Part shown: piece after piece, positions 51,601 through 64,000 of the stretch
Layout: each line of letters opens with the position of its first letter
Numbering within the stretch: the stretch's first letter is position 1
NCBI GenBank assembly: GCA_008632985.1
Contig: QPGO01000025.1
Location: 310,001 to 374,000 of the forward strand
Direction: 5' to 3'
DNA length: 64,000 bases
Source: Psammoneis japonica
Taxonomy: Eukaryota
The notes under the pieces: generated by a model
Told to the model about the DNA's origin: nothing
The model's database searches: none
The model's input: the letters and a program-made list of their open reading frames with translations, nothing else
Program-made: the position numbers and the translations under genes

Positions 51601-53260
51601 GAGAAGGACTTGTTGCACAAAATGCTTGAAAGTGAAACACAGTGTGCCCACAAGAGCCAGCTGTCATTGCCAGGGTGCAAGAGCTCTTGCTGGCTGCTGG
51701 GATTTCATGGTTTGCCGGCTGGCACATGCTCAGTCTTGCCAATCCCCACACTCACCAAATGGATTGCAAGCACACATTTCTGTTGCCCCGCTGCTGCTGT
51801 CACCATGTCAACTGGGTGCACAAGCAAAAAAGTGAGCACAAGAGACACAATTTGACAGGAGCTCTAAATGCAAATTCACCACATCATCTCAACAATCATC
51901 GTTGCATCCTTTGCTGCAATGTTGTCTGTCTGTCCCATGAAAACCACCTTGTGCCACAATGTTCCAACACACTTCATTGCATGAGCCACAAATTGCAAAT
52001 TGACTGGCCTCATGTGTGCCAACCAGGAGGGCAACACTTGGAAACCATGACACCCAGCACCACTTCAACTGCTCTGCCAACTCCTGCCATTGCACCTGCA
52101 TCATCTGACTCTGCTGACAAATGACCATCATCATCATTGAGCAAAGGACAGCCCTTTTTCACATGCCCAACCTTGCCACATTTCAAGCATTTGATCTGCT
52201 TTTCTCATTTTGTGCAAAGCTTGTGCTCTCAGGTTTCTTGTTAGACCAGCATGTGTCCAACACCTGCAGCACCTCCTCAGCCAAATTGGAGCAATTGCAA
52301 GCAAAGAGCACAAACTGCCAGTGCTGGTCTTTCAAGATGTGCTGTCAATCCTTGGTGCCTTCCATTGGCAGCACTGCCAACAACTTGTTTCTTTTGTTCT
52401 TCCAGGTGTCATGTCAGCATCCTTGCCAAACCCATCTTCTTTCTTGACAATTTCTTCCAGGATGAGTCTGCCATGGGACCTTTCTGCCATCTCAACAATG
52501 CTCATGAGCCAACTGCAATGATTTTGAAGTGCCCCTCCCTCATCTCCTGATGAATGAGTGCCAGCTGCTTTCAAGCCTCAACTGCCTGGGCATGTGAGCA
52601 GATTCCCTCATTTGCATCAAGCAAGATTGACTTGAGATTTTCCAACAACAGTGCTGCCACATCCCACTCCTTTGTGACTCTCTCAAACTCTGTCACTCCT
52701 TTGACCTCATGACAGACAGCCTTCGTGCACTGTCCCATGATTGTGCCAAATGCATTTGCCTTCTGTGTCTTGTAGATTGCACCCTGTTTCATGTGGCGAT
52801 CTCATTGCTTCTCCCAGATTGCCTTGTCCTTCTCCAATGCAGCGTCACGTGTCACCCAATGGATGCTCCAGCTCCTCCAGTTTGTTCTCCTGCCTCAGAG
52901 ACATGGGTGCCTGAATCTCCAGCCTGAAAGTTCTTCCAAGACACTCACTTGTTTTCTCATTGTCTCTGTGTGACACCACCTGCCTGTCAATCCAACTCTG
53001 CAATGGCATCATGTGCCAACTCCTTCAAATCTTTCATGCTTCCACACTCAGTTGCATCCTTGCCCATGTTTCCGGTCAACACAACCTTGCCATGCCCTCT
53101 TTCAGCAGACCCTTGAGAGCTTCCTTGCAACAAGCCCCCCTCCCGAGTTTGTCTCTTTGCCTTCATCCAGCCAGATTGTTTGCCACAATCTGCTGACATG
53201 AGCTGCACCTTTGGACTCTTCTTGATGACTTCCCAGTCCACATTTTTACCTTTTTTGTTG
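48700..53260 (-). mobile_element. Old, heavily mutated Copia-like relic
   Basis: Gag-like ANAFGTIMGQCTKAV...VTKEWDVAALL at 52571-52792 and a faint RT-like segment (ETSFGFK...VCVDN) near 49550. No LTRs were recognised. Confidence 0.45.
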
Positions 53261-54109
53261 GGATTTCATGGCCCAATAAAAACATGACTGCCCATGCCAC
53301 AATTCATGACAGAGAAGGTGTGTGGCCCACAGCATGCTGCACTCAATGGCCAGCATCTTGAAATGTTTGGCAACACACCTGCTGCTCTGCAGCAACACTT
53401 TCTTGCAAAGGAACAGTCACAGAAAATCCCTTCATCCTGGCACAAGCTCCAGTGCCAGCCATCACCATCAAGTTGAAGCAAAAGCATCTTTTGCCATTTT
53501 TGCTCCTGCACATCCTTCTTCATGAAGAAATTTTCAGGGAGCTGGGAGACTCTGGCCATCTCAGGTGTCTCTCTTTTCTCTCTTTTTTGCTCTGGGTGCT
53601 TTTAAATCTGTCATTGTCTCATTTTGCACAAGCAGGCAAGCACCACAACAGGTAAGATGCCATCTCTTTCAAGCTTCTGTTGCAGTGTTCAATCAAAGCA
53701 GGCTGCCTTGCTTTTCCCTGCTGCGCCCTCATGTGTCATCAAAGTCACTCACTGCCCTGCTTGGTCTCTCTGCACATCTGGAAAACATTGTGGCTCTTGT
53801 TGTTCAGAGCTCATTTGTGCTGAACAAAAGAACCCCAGGTTCTTGGCAAGTGCTTGTCAATTGTGAACAAAGCAAATTTGACAATTGTTTTTACACTCCA
53901 AGTGAGAAAATGTGCTCAAGAATCTGCAGGTCTCATTGCTCATTTGATCTTGACAAGATCACAGCCACAATGATTTTGACACAACTTGGTTCATGTCCAC
54001 AACCAAACAAACATGTGAAGCAGGAAATGACAACTGATGAAACTTGTGACTTGCAATTGATTGTTCTTGACAAGGGTGCAATTGTGGCTCCTTTCTGACA
54101 CTGTGCAGC

Positions 54110-55520
54110 ATGCATGCAGACAAAAGGTTATTTTGTCACGCCCTTTGTGACATTTGAAGGCTGTGGCACGTCGCCGTGATGCATCAACTCTCATCAGCAG
54201 CTGGTGCGTGATGGCTTGATTCGCACGATCCACAATGCGAACGCACGATCGATCCAATGCGATCCAAATGCAAGCGAATGGGGATTTGGCAAGATTTCCT
54301 GTTCGCACGATCCCATTTTCTCTGCTCTAAACTGGCCCACAATTTTCACAACGACAAAGTCGCAACACATCTTCTTTTTCAGCGCCTGGCACATGCGTGG
54401 GGCACAGTGATGTTGCTGTGCCCTGTGTGTGCGCTGGGCGCTGAAAAAGAAGATGTGTTGCGACTTTGTCGTTGTGAAAATTGTGAGCCAGTTTAGAGCA
54501 GAGAAAATGGGATCGTGCGAACAGGAAATCTTGCCAAATCCCCATTCGCTTGCNATTTGGATCGCATTGGGTCGATCGTGCGTTCGCATTGTGGATCGTG
54601 CGAATCAGGCCATCACGCGCCATGCTGCATTTAAAGGCTGCAACACGTCGCCGTGATGCACCAACTCTCACCAGTGGCTGTGTGTTGCACTCCTCCCCAT
54701 GCACCACGCGTCCATGCAGCTCTTTGCTGACGTGCACTGACACTGCATGGTTTTGGCGGAACAGTGTGGGTGCGTGCGAAGGAACACACAGAACTGCACA
54801 GAGTTTTGCGCGCATGCAAAGGGCGTGACAAAACAACCTTTTGTCTGCATGCACACTGCGTTGTGAATTCACAGCGGAGTGGTTCATCTCGCAACCACCA
54901 GGCAGGAGGCCAGGGGTTCGAAACCCTGAGTGGGAGTTGTCTGCAGCAACGTTGATCACTGTCGAACGCGCAAAACTCTGTGCAGTTCTGTGTGTTCCTT
55001 CGCATGCACCCACACTGTTCCGCCAAAACCGTGCAGTGTCAGCACACGTTAGTAAAGAGCCGCATGGACGCGTGACACATGGGGAGGAGTGCAACACACA
55101 GCTGCCAACAAGAGCCAATGTATCACGGCGACGTGTTGCAGCCTTTAAATGTCACAAAGGGCGTGACAAAAACAACCTTTTGTCTGCATGCATGCTGCAC
55201 TGTGAATTCACAGCGGAGTGGTTCATCGCAACCATCAGGCAGGAGGCCAGGGGTTCGAAACCCTGAGTGGGAGTTGTCTGCAGCAACGTTGATCACTGTC
55301 GAACGCGCAAAACTCTGTGCAGTTCTGTGTGTTCCTTCGCACGCACCCACACTGTTCCGCCAAAACCGTGCAGTGTCAGCACACGTTAGTAAAGAGCCGC
55401 ATGGACGCGTGACACATGGGGAGGAGTGCAACACACAGCTGCTGATGAGAGCCAATGCATCACGGCGACGTGTTGCAGCCTTTAAATGTCACAAAGGGCA
55501 CGACAAAACAACCTTTTGTC
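54110..55520. repeat. Nested inverted and tandem repeat complex: spacerless ~420-bp palindrome (54202-54622), second inverted repeat (~54628-54812 vs ~54967-55152) and ~338-bp tandem units
   Basis: The arms are reverse complements around 54411/54412. caaagggc..gacaaaa recurs at ~54817, 55155 and 55493. One N at 54554. Confidence 0.9.
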
Positions 55521-57649
55521 AGTGGCTGTGTGTTGCAACTGCTCATTTCTGACAGTGACAACATTCATTTGTCTCATTGGGGTGCTCTCACATTGGCTGT
55601 GTGCTGCTTGCAATGTGATTTGTGCTGGCTGTGTTTGATCATTTCCACAGTGAATGTGTCTTTGCTTCCTGGTGTTTCCTGCTCTTCCCTCCCTGGCTTT
55701 GTCCTGTCTCCTGCCAGCGCTCCCATGCCACAGTCATTCTCTGTCTTCAGATGGTGCATGGTGTGATGTTTTGCTCCTCACTGCATGGTCCCTTGCAACC
55801 CCTCTTGCTCACCACAACGAAGTCATTCATTCCATGTTGTGACCTTGTCCCTTTTGCTTGTCGTGCCAGTTTGCCAAAGCATCACCTGCAAAGAAGAGAG
55901 AGCCAGCAACAGATCAGTGCATTGTGTGTGTGTGTTTTGCTTCACAAATGGGCTTGGCGCAAATGGCGTTTCTGTTCGCCCTTGTGTGCGACCTTGTCTC
56001 TTTCATTTTTCATGCCAGTTTGCCAAAGCGTTGCCTGCAAATGAGAAAAAAGAGAAAAGAGCATGCAACAGATGAGAGCACAAGCCATGTGCACTGGCAC
56101 AAAAGTTGCGCAGAATTTTTGCGCAGAAAAATCACAAAAATCAGGGTTTGGGCCAATTTTTTTATGCTTCTGTTGTGCTTCTCCACTCCACTGACTCCTC
56201 AAGGAACCTTTTTCCCCTGAAACCATCGACACTTCACATGATGGCTTTTGCATGAGTGACATGATTCCAAGCACTGACATGTTCCGTTCTCAGAATTTTG
56301 ATCAACACCTCATCATGGGCCAACTGTGGTGAGCACCATCCAACAATGGAGTTTTGCTGAATGATGGACATCACCATGTTTGTCATGAAAAAGCAGGTGT
56401 GCAAAGCATCAGCCACTGCAACTGAAATTGATTCCTTGAGGTCATGGCCTGTTTTTTGCAAAGCATGGGAAAAGCACAATGAACAAGATGTTCTACATGA
56501 ATTTTCTGCGTGAGTTTTGTGCCAGAAATTGGCCCAAACCCTTTTTTCAGAGCTTGTGCCCCCTGCACATGGCTTGTTGCATGTGTTTTGTTTTGAACGT
56601 GCTTGGCACAAACGCTGTTTTGCTGCTCTCACCTTTGCAGCCATGGTTCCTGCAGGGCCATCTTCTCTTCTTGCTCCCCTCAAATGTCGACATGTGTTTG
56701 AGTGGAAAGATTGGCAAAAGGTCGGTTGTTTGCACTGTTGCCCAAGCTCTGCACACTTGCCAACTCAGTTCCTGTCTCTCTCTCACCTTGTGTCCCACAT
56801 TGTCCCCCCCCCCTCTGCTCTTCTGTGCCTTCCCTTGTGCTGCTGTCATTGTCATGATGTTGGATGAGCCCTGTGTTTTGTGTTTTGTGAGGCAATGATG
56901 ATTTGTGCTTTTGTGGCAATGTTGAGCCTGTCTGCTTGGTGATTCCTGTCAGCATCTTTTTTTAAGTGAAAATTTTGTTTTAAAATTCCACGCTCACCCT
57001 CAGTTTTGAAGGTTTGGACAATTTGAAATGACTTGAATGAATCATTCAGTCATCAAGGATTTGCATGTGTGCCTGCAGTCAGTCAATTTCTCATTTTTTG
57101 TTGGCACATTAATGTGCTCCTGTTAAGATGGAAATTTTTACAGTGTTGCTGCCACACAACATCTTTTTTCAATGCTCTGGAACTTCAATCTCTTCACAAC
57201 CTGCTTGACACCCAACAACCACATGTTTTTTGGTGTGTTGCAACAACGCTGCCAAAAAACATGTGAGCTGCCCCTGTGGAGGCAGTGGCAGCCATCCTTG
57301 TGCTGCCAACCACTCCAAAGCCGGCAGTGCTCTTGGCCATGGTGATGAATGCAGGTGGGAGCAGCACATCTCAAGCTTGACCTCAGCCACAAGAGCACAG
57401 CAGGAGGAGCCCTTGGAGAAACCAAGGCTCTGTTGCCAGAGCTGCTGCAGCACCAGCTCACAACCCAGCAACTTCTGCCGCTGCTGCCGCTGCTGCTGCC
57501 TCCATCAACAACAAAGCCACAGCCCACCATGCCAACACAGCCAATGACCCTCACTCTCCAGCCATCCCACCCACCAAGGATCTTGAATTTCTCATGCATT
57601 GGCACAAAATTTCCGTGGTTGTTGTTGCATCCCCTGGCACCCAATGGAG

Positions 57650-58470
57650 TCTCCCACAGCCATCCAAAGACAACTGAGCACTTGCGCTGTCACACAGATG
57701 GCTCCCCAGTCTCTGCAGGGGTGTGGTGGCTGGTCCAAAGCCAGCCATGTCAGAAAGAAAAGGGGCTGTGCATTGACACAAGACAAGGCCTTCTCTCTCC
57801 AACCAAAGTTGTTGTTGGCTCCTCAGGGGCACAATGGAGTCACCCAAGGCCATCTAAAGACAACTGGGCACTTGCATCGTTGTCACACAGAAAGCTCCCT
57901 TGTCTCTGCAGGTGGGGTGGCTGTGCCAAAGCCAGTCATGTCAGAAAGAAAAGGGGCTGTGTCAACACAAGGCAAGGCTTTTGATCCCCAACCATGGTTG
58001 TTGCTGGCTCCCCTGGGGCACAATGAAGTCACTCAAGGCCATCCAAAGACAGCTGGGCACTTGCACTGTCACACAAATGGTTCCCTTGTCTCTGCAGGTT
58101 GGCTGGCTGCTGGCTGGGCAAAAGCCATTCATGTCAGAAAGAAAAGGGGCTGCGTTGGCACAATTCCAAGACAATGGCACACCTCCTTTGCCACATGTGT
58201 GGGCCTGATGCTTCCACACCTTGTGCAGCTGGGCATCTTCCTGTTTGTGGAGCCACACAAGGGGCTGCTGCTGCTCAGCAAGACAAGACTTGCGCTGACC
58301 AATTGCTGCAGTTTGCATGTCTCCAAGGCTCAACTGGAGTCCACCAATGCTGTCCCCCCCAAGACAACTGCACACCTCCTTTGCCACATCTGTGGGCCTC
58401 ATGCTTCCACACCTTCTGCAGCTGTGCATCTTTTTGTTTGTGGAGGAATCACACAAGGGGCTGCTGCAGC
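57650..58470 (+). repeat. Degenerate tandem repeats (~190-bp period, 3 copies) followed by a second short duplication
   Basis: catgtcagaaagaaaaggggctg occurs at ~57746, 57937 and 58130. cacacctcctttgccacat.tgtgggcct.atgcttccacacctt occurs at ~58178 and 58371. Confidence 0.8.
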
Positions 58471-59869
58471 CCAAGACAAGGCTTGCAGCTTCCCAAATCA
58501 AGAGTGCAAAGATGCCACAATTGGACCAACCCACTCAGCAGCTGCAAACTGAGTGCATTTGGAGTGCATGTTGTGCAGGCAGCAACTCAAATCAACATGC
58601 ATTGATGGCAACAATGATGATCTGGCTCTGCATTTGGCAAAAAAAATGTTTGCTGGGACATGGGGACACCACCACATGCTCTGTTTTAGTTTCTCAAGCA
58701 GCGCCGGCATCTGCACTGTCCACCATCCACACATCAAGCCTGTTGCTCCAATCTGAGACACCAAGACATGTCATCAAACTCACCACCAGAAGGTTGACTG
58801 CCAAATTCCATGAGTGGTGCATCTGCCAGAGTGGGGTTGCCAACATCTTGGAGAGACATGGCCAAGTTGCCCGCCGCTGGCTTTGTGGCACTGCAATTGT
58901 TGCCATCATCCAGTGTTGTCTGCAGCTCATTGCATGGTGCACAAGACATCCCTCACCCATCAACAACAATGCCAACATCACCACCCACCCTGCCATTGTT
59001 CACAAAGCTGCCAACCTGCTTGCAGGACAGGTGTGCTCAAGGGTGAAACCAAGGGTGACAAAGCCAACCAAGTTGTGTCATTTCACACAGTGGCAAGTTT
59101 TTGGATTCTGGTTGCCTCCAGCCAAAATGGGGCACAGCAATGGCAGATCCAGGACATTTGCATTCACTGGTCAGCAGGAGCCACACATGCTTCATGAGCT
59201 TCATCACCTGAATTAGAAAGTTCTGCCTCTTCTTGGGCAATCCCAAACCAGACTCCACATGATTTGTTGGGTTGCCGGAGCACCCCCACTCAGCATGCTG
59301 AACAATTGCAGAAGCTGTGTTTTGTCAGGGGTGACATCGACAATCCACAAGAACTTGGGCCACATTGATCAATTGAACATGAAGTGAACCTTTTGGAACA
59401 GAGAATGCATGGCCAATGGAGTGTGGCCATTGTTTTCATTTGTGATGGTGACAGGGAAGATGAAACACTTTTCCCAGTCTCTGTCATCTGGTGATGGCTT
59501 TCCAAGCAGTGGCGCCATTGCTTGCTTCATGCCTTGGTCAGTTTCTTTGGCAACCACAGCAAAAACCTGAGCAACTCTTCCTGCTGTTCCCCCAGTGCTT
59601 CTCTTCCTGCAGCACTGGAAACATGTGCTTGCCAAAGAACTTGTCAGGGTTCAGGCCCAAATGGAACAATGAAGAACACTGCCATTGAAAATGTCAGCAG
59701 AGAGCATGCTTGTCATCATCATTGTTGTTGTTGTTGTTGTCAGGAAGACATCCAGCCAGGACTGAGTGGACTGCAGCAAGAGCGTGCCATTGTTGTTGGT
59801 GGATGTTAGATCAGAGAGGATGAGTTGTGCAGTGTTCAACAGGAAAAAGGACAAATGCAGCAGAAACAG

Positions 59870-61430
59870 AGCAAAACAAAGGCAGACAGCTGACAAATGG
59901 AAGGAAAATGGAACAAATGAAGCTGTTCTTGAGAAGTTTAAAATGAGGACAAAATGAGCCACACAGGCAACATGAACAAAGGCAGAGATCTGACAAATGC
60001 AGGGAAAAGGGAACAAGCAAAGCTGTTCTCAACAAGTTTAAAATGAGGACAAAATGAGCCACACAGGTGACTCAACAAGATGCTTTTGGGCCACATCTGT
60101 GGGGCCATTTTGCTGTGAATTTTTACAAAAATGCTCACAACCCACAAAATCAATTTTTCTTCTTTCCAAAATGCAGACACGCAACGCAACTCAAGTCAAC
60201 CATGGATCGGTTGCAACGGTGGCAACATTTGGCACCAAGTGCAAGAAACTCCTGGAGAGCATGTTAGAACCTCATTGTGATCACTGATCACAAGGTGTGG
60301 GTCCCAGAGAAAGGCATCTTTGCCCAATGCTCCCAATCATCATCTGAGCTTTTCACTGACTTTCTTTCTTTTTTCTGCATCCAACATGACAGCAAATGTT
60401 TTAAAGATCTGAAGTGGAATGTGTTGTGCAGGTGCCCATGACTTGGACAAAATGCGTTCAACCAAGATGATGCAGAAAGAGGCACAAGCTCATTTTTTTG
60501 CAGTGTTTTCATTGTCAAAAACACAAAAGCAAGTGCAGCAATCCTTGCTTGTCATGATCAATTTCAACAATCAAATTGACTCAATGTCTGTGCAGTCAAA
60601 CTGTCCAAAGTTTCAATCAATGGCTCAAATGCCCCCTTCTGTGACTGAGTGAGACAATCTTGGGCAGTCATCAGGTGTCAAAAATCCATGCAAAGTTCCT
60701 GAGAAGCCGCAAGCAGTTGGACCTTGGGCCCTGTGAATGTGCCAGCTCTTCTGACCAAATCAACTCACAGCACTGCTTAAATTGTTCACTTTGTCTGCAA
60801 AGAGGCATTTTCAAGTGGTCAATTTTTCTAAGATTGGGGTCAAACTGCAGAAAATGCCATTGGCAACAGGCAAATGATGATTGCTGGCCAGAACCCTTCT
60901 GTCAGACACCCATTTTTTTCATTTTGCATGCACAGAATGATGCACAGTTTGTCAACAACACAGATTGAACACCCCGCAATGGTCCAGGAAGCATCTGCCC
61001 CCACACAGAAGGATGCAAAACATGAGCAACAGCAAGAGTCAACAAGCACAGTCAGCGCCATTTAATTGCTGAAGTTGATTTGATCCAGGACTTGGTGAGT
61101 GTGCAGGCAGCTCTCTCTGCTGGGCTCCAAGCAACAGAAATCATTGCTGCGACAATGAAGACAGCTTTGTGAAAGAGCAATTTGACAGAGTGGCACAGAC
61201 TGGTGCTGTCAACAGCCAATTGTGACTGGGAGCTGTGTGCCATGACCTCAAGGAGATGCAACATGCCACAACAGATTCAACCAGCAAAATCTGGCATGCA
61301 AAGAAAACTTTCATGCAAGCCACACAGGCAACTTGAACAAAGGCAGAGAGATCTGACAAATGGAGGGGAAAAAACCAAACAAAGCTGTTCTTGTCAAGTT
61401 TAAAATGTGGGCAGAATGAGCCACACAGAG
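59870..61430 (+). repeat. ~100-bp unit in tandem at 59870-60070 with a third copy at ~61320-61430
   Basis: aagctgttct...aagtttaaaatg.gg.ca.aatgagccacacag occurs three times. Confidence 0.75.
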
Positions 61431-64000
61431 GCACAACTTAAGAAACAAGCAAGAAAGATTCAACCATTCATGACTTGCAAGCTGTCAAGAAACAAAATCA
61501 ATGTCAGTGCAAATTGACGATCTGTGAATGTGATCAGCACAAATGTGAAAATTCAATTGTTGATGAGTGACTCTCTGGCCAAGCACGGAAACATGTCACA
61601 GACGCAGCTGGAGCACTTTTTTGGCTCTTTCTCTTTGTTTTGCAGCTCCCCCCACCTCATGTTTGGCAAGCAAACAACACATTGTCCCCTGGGTTTGGAG
61701 CTTGAGCGTTGTTGTGGACAGAGCCATTTCTTGTTTTGTCATGTCAGGCAAGACCCCCCCCCCCTGCTCAAGTGTTCTTCTGAAGATGCCACCTCCATGG
61801 TGACCCCAAAGAGCTTGTCTCACTGGTGCTTGCAGAGATGCCATGCTCTGCTGCACATGTTTGCTCCTCCACTGCTTGCAGTTTTTGCACAAGGAGCCTC
61901 CACAACTTGGTTGATGACTTGGGGCTCAGCACCTTGAAAAAACTCACCTTGAAGAAGAAAACAAGCACTCCTTTTGTTTTTTTTGGTTGCCCCCTAAGAT
62001 TTTTTGTTGCTTGTTTTTGAACAAATCCATTCACAATCACCGTGTGGCAGTTGCAGAGCACACAACCACACAACAGACTGCCAGAGAAAACAACAACAAC
62101 AACGCATGCACCACACAGCAGGTCCGTCCAGGCTTTGAGAAGGCAGACACTGTGCAGAAAACATGTTGGCTCTGGTGCCTTCTGGGGTGCATTGCAAAGA
62201 TGCTGCTTTGTTCTCAAAGGTGCTTGGTGTGTTTTTTCTCTGTTCCCAAAAAAGAGGGCCAGAAATGAAAAAAAGGTGCTTGCTTTTTGGGCTGGTTTTT
62301 GCAAGGCATTTTCAAAGGTGCAAGCACAGCATTGTTGCACTTTTGCACAAAATGTGCAGTGTGCAGCAGCTGCCAGCTGTTTTGCCAAGTGGCTGAGTCT
62401 TGATTTCCATTGAGTGGGCAGCTTCGCAGGTGGCGCAACCTGTTCTGATGCACAGGTGAAAGACTGGGTGTGGAGTGCAGAGGCATCATCATGCAGACTG
62501 CTTGCACAGGATGGCATGGGCTGCAACTCTCAACAGTGCATGATGTGTGGCCAAGTTGCAACTGGGCTCCCTCACCAGTTTGATGGAAGAGGGAGAGCTG
62601 GCCAGCTTTGCTGTGGAGGAAACTGCTTGGGTGTCTGGGCGGCCCTTGCAAGGTGCCAGTTTGCCCAGAAAGCTGTCCTCGTCAATGAAAAATGTGCACA
62701 CTGGACCCAAAGAATGCCTGGGTTCTGTGGCATGCAGCTGGCAAGCCCCCCCAGGTTCCAAAACAGAGTTGTGAGACATTGCAGCTTTGCCAGTGCTTGC
62801 AGAGAACCTCAACTTCAAAAGAAGTTGCTCTGAGCCACTCACCAGCATCTTTCCGCTGAGATCACAGCACAATGTTGCTTTGTTCAAGGCAAGAAATGAC
62901 AGAAAAATTTTGGCAGAGTGCTGATCCTGTGCCTGTGGAGTCCACATGAGCTGCAACAGCCACAATGGTGGCACCACAGCCAAGGGCAACAAGGGGTGCA
63001 ACACACTTCAGGCATGCACACCAAGCAGATGGGCAAAACTCCACCAGCTCTTCCAAAGCTGAAATCATTGCCAGAGATGGCATCACAACAAAGGTTTTGG
63101 TGTGAGCCAAATGTTGTCAACAGAGACATCCAGCAGAGTGCCATCAAATGACGGGTGGAAAACAACAAAGAGCAGCAAGGAAACACCAGGAAAACACCCA
63201 CACAACACTTCTGCATTGAGCACTTTTACAATGTTGTTTGTCTTGCCAAGCATGGTGAAAGTGAAATGCTGCTCTCTTCCATTGGACCAGATGAAAGTTG
63301 AATGTCAGCAAAACGTCAGCTTGCCACACACATTGCAAGACTTTCAATGAGTGTCATTTGGGTCAACACAAGGAGTTGGTTGCAAGAAGAGAATTTTGGC
63401 AGGTCCTGTTGGTGCCAGCAGGAGAGTGAGTGAGAGCACAGTTTTTCCAGAAGCCCATGCAAAGGCTGAGCTTCCCTGCCAAGTTGGTCACCAGGTGTGC
63501 TGGCATTTTTGAAAGACCACCATGGTGCAGTTGATTTTTGCTCAAGAGAGCTGTGCACTCATGCACTGGCTCTCTTTCAACTCTTGGGAGAACAAGTGCA
63601 ACAGAACTTTGCATGCCCAGCTGCCCTCTGAAGTGCCCTCTTCAGTGGAAGGACTGCAAAACATTCAAAGAAACAAGATCTTCTTGAGGGTGACATTTCT
63701 TTCTCCATGAGAGGGCACAGATTGAACATGCCTTTTGTGGTGTGCAGGTGTGCAGGCTTTGTCTGTCTTGTGCTTTTTGATTTTTTTGCACATGTCCATG
63801 ACTCAAAATGACCAGACACTGTTGGTTGTCACACAGATGGCAGAGCCAGTGCACTGAACCAAAATGACGGGTCTGTTGCACACACAATTGGCGAGCATCC
63901 CTGGGTTCTAAGTCAGAGCAAAGATTGCCCCACCACACCATTGCCAGCACTCCAAGAAGATGTGATGCTTTGCAATGCCAGCACTGCCATGCTGCACAGC

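Noticed and set aside
48510..64000. Numerous 100-300 aa Cys/His-rich ORFs as novel metal-binding proteins
   Set aside because: They are explained by loss of TAA/TAG and TG/CA enrichment. They overlap on all frames and show no conserved motifs.
1..64000. Ordinary CpG methylation decay or fungal RIP as the sole cause of the TG/CA excess
   Set aside because: LTR-pair differences are at TA with CpGs intact, and conserved Tyr codons are lost. RIP would increase TA.

Overview
Eukaryotic genomic DNA, most likely a diatom or other stramenopile (inferred from short GT-AG introns, diatom-type Copia, Gypsy and Ambal-like retroelements, and beta-1,3-glucan synthase and homogentisate prenyltransferase fragments). 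The window is a mosaic of gene islands with normal dinucleotide composition (about 12.0-13.5, 17.5-18.4 and 27.5-40.2 kb) and transposon-rich blocks. The genes encode a DOMON protein, a METTL21-like methyltransferase split by an 8.15-kb LINE, a PDCT/ROD1-like protein, a GT32 glycosyltransferase, a small membrane protein, an HSL-family hydrolase, a SNF2 helicase and an importin-alpha-like protein. Mobile elements are a complete Copia (6002-11987), a complete non-autonomous Gypsy (43951-48506), an Ambal-like LINE (19334-27483), a CRE-like LINE fragment and older relics. The main result is a repeat-restricted, directional TpA->TpG/CpA hypermutation, the reverse of fungal RIP. By eye, every difference between the two LTR pairs falls at a TA-type site, conserved Tyr residues become Cys/His, a stop codon appears erased, and the signal seems to spread from flanking repeats into new insertions and into a disrupted host gene. 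All alignments were done by eye and need computational confirmation, and a basecalling artefact on modified DNA must be excluded.
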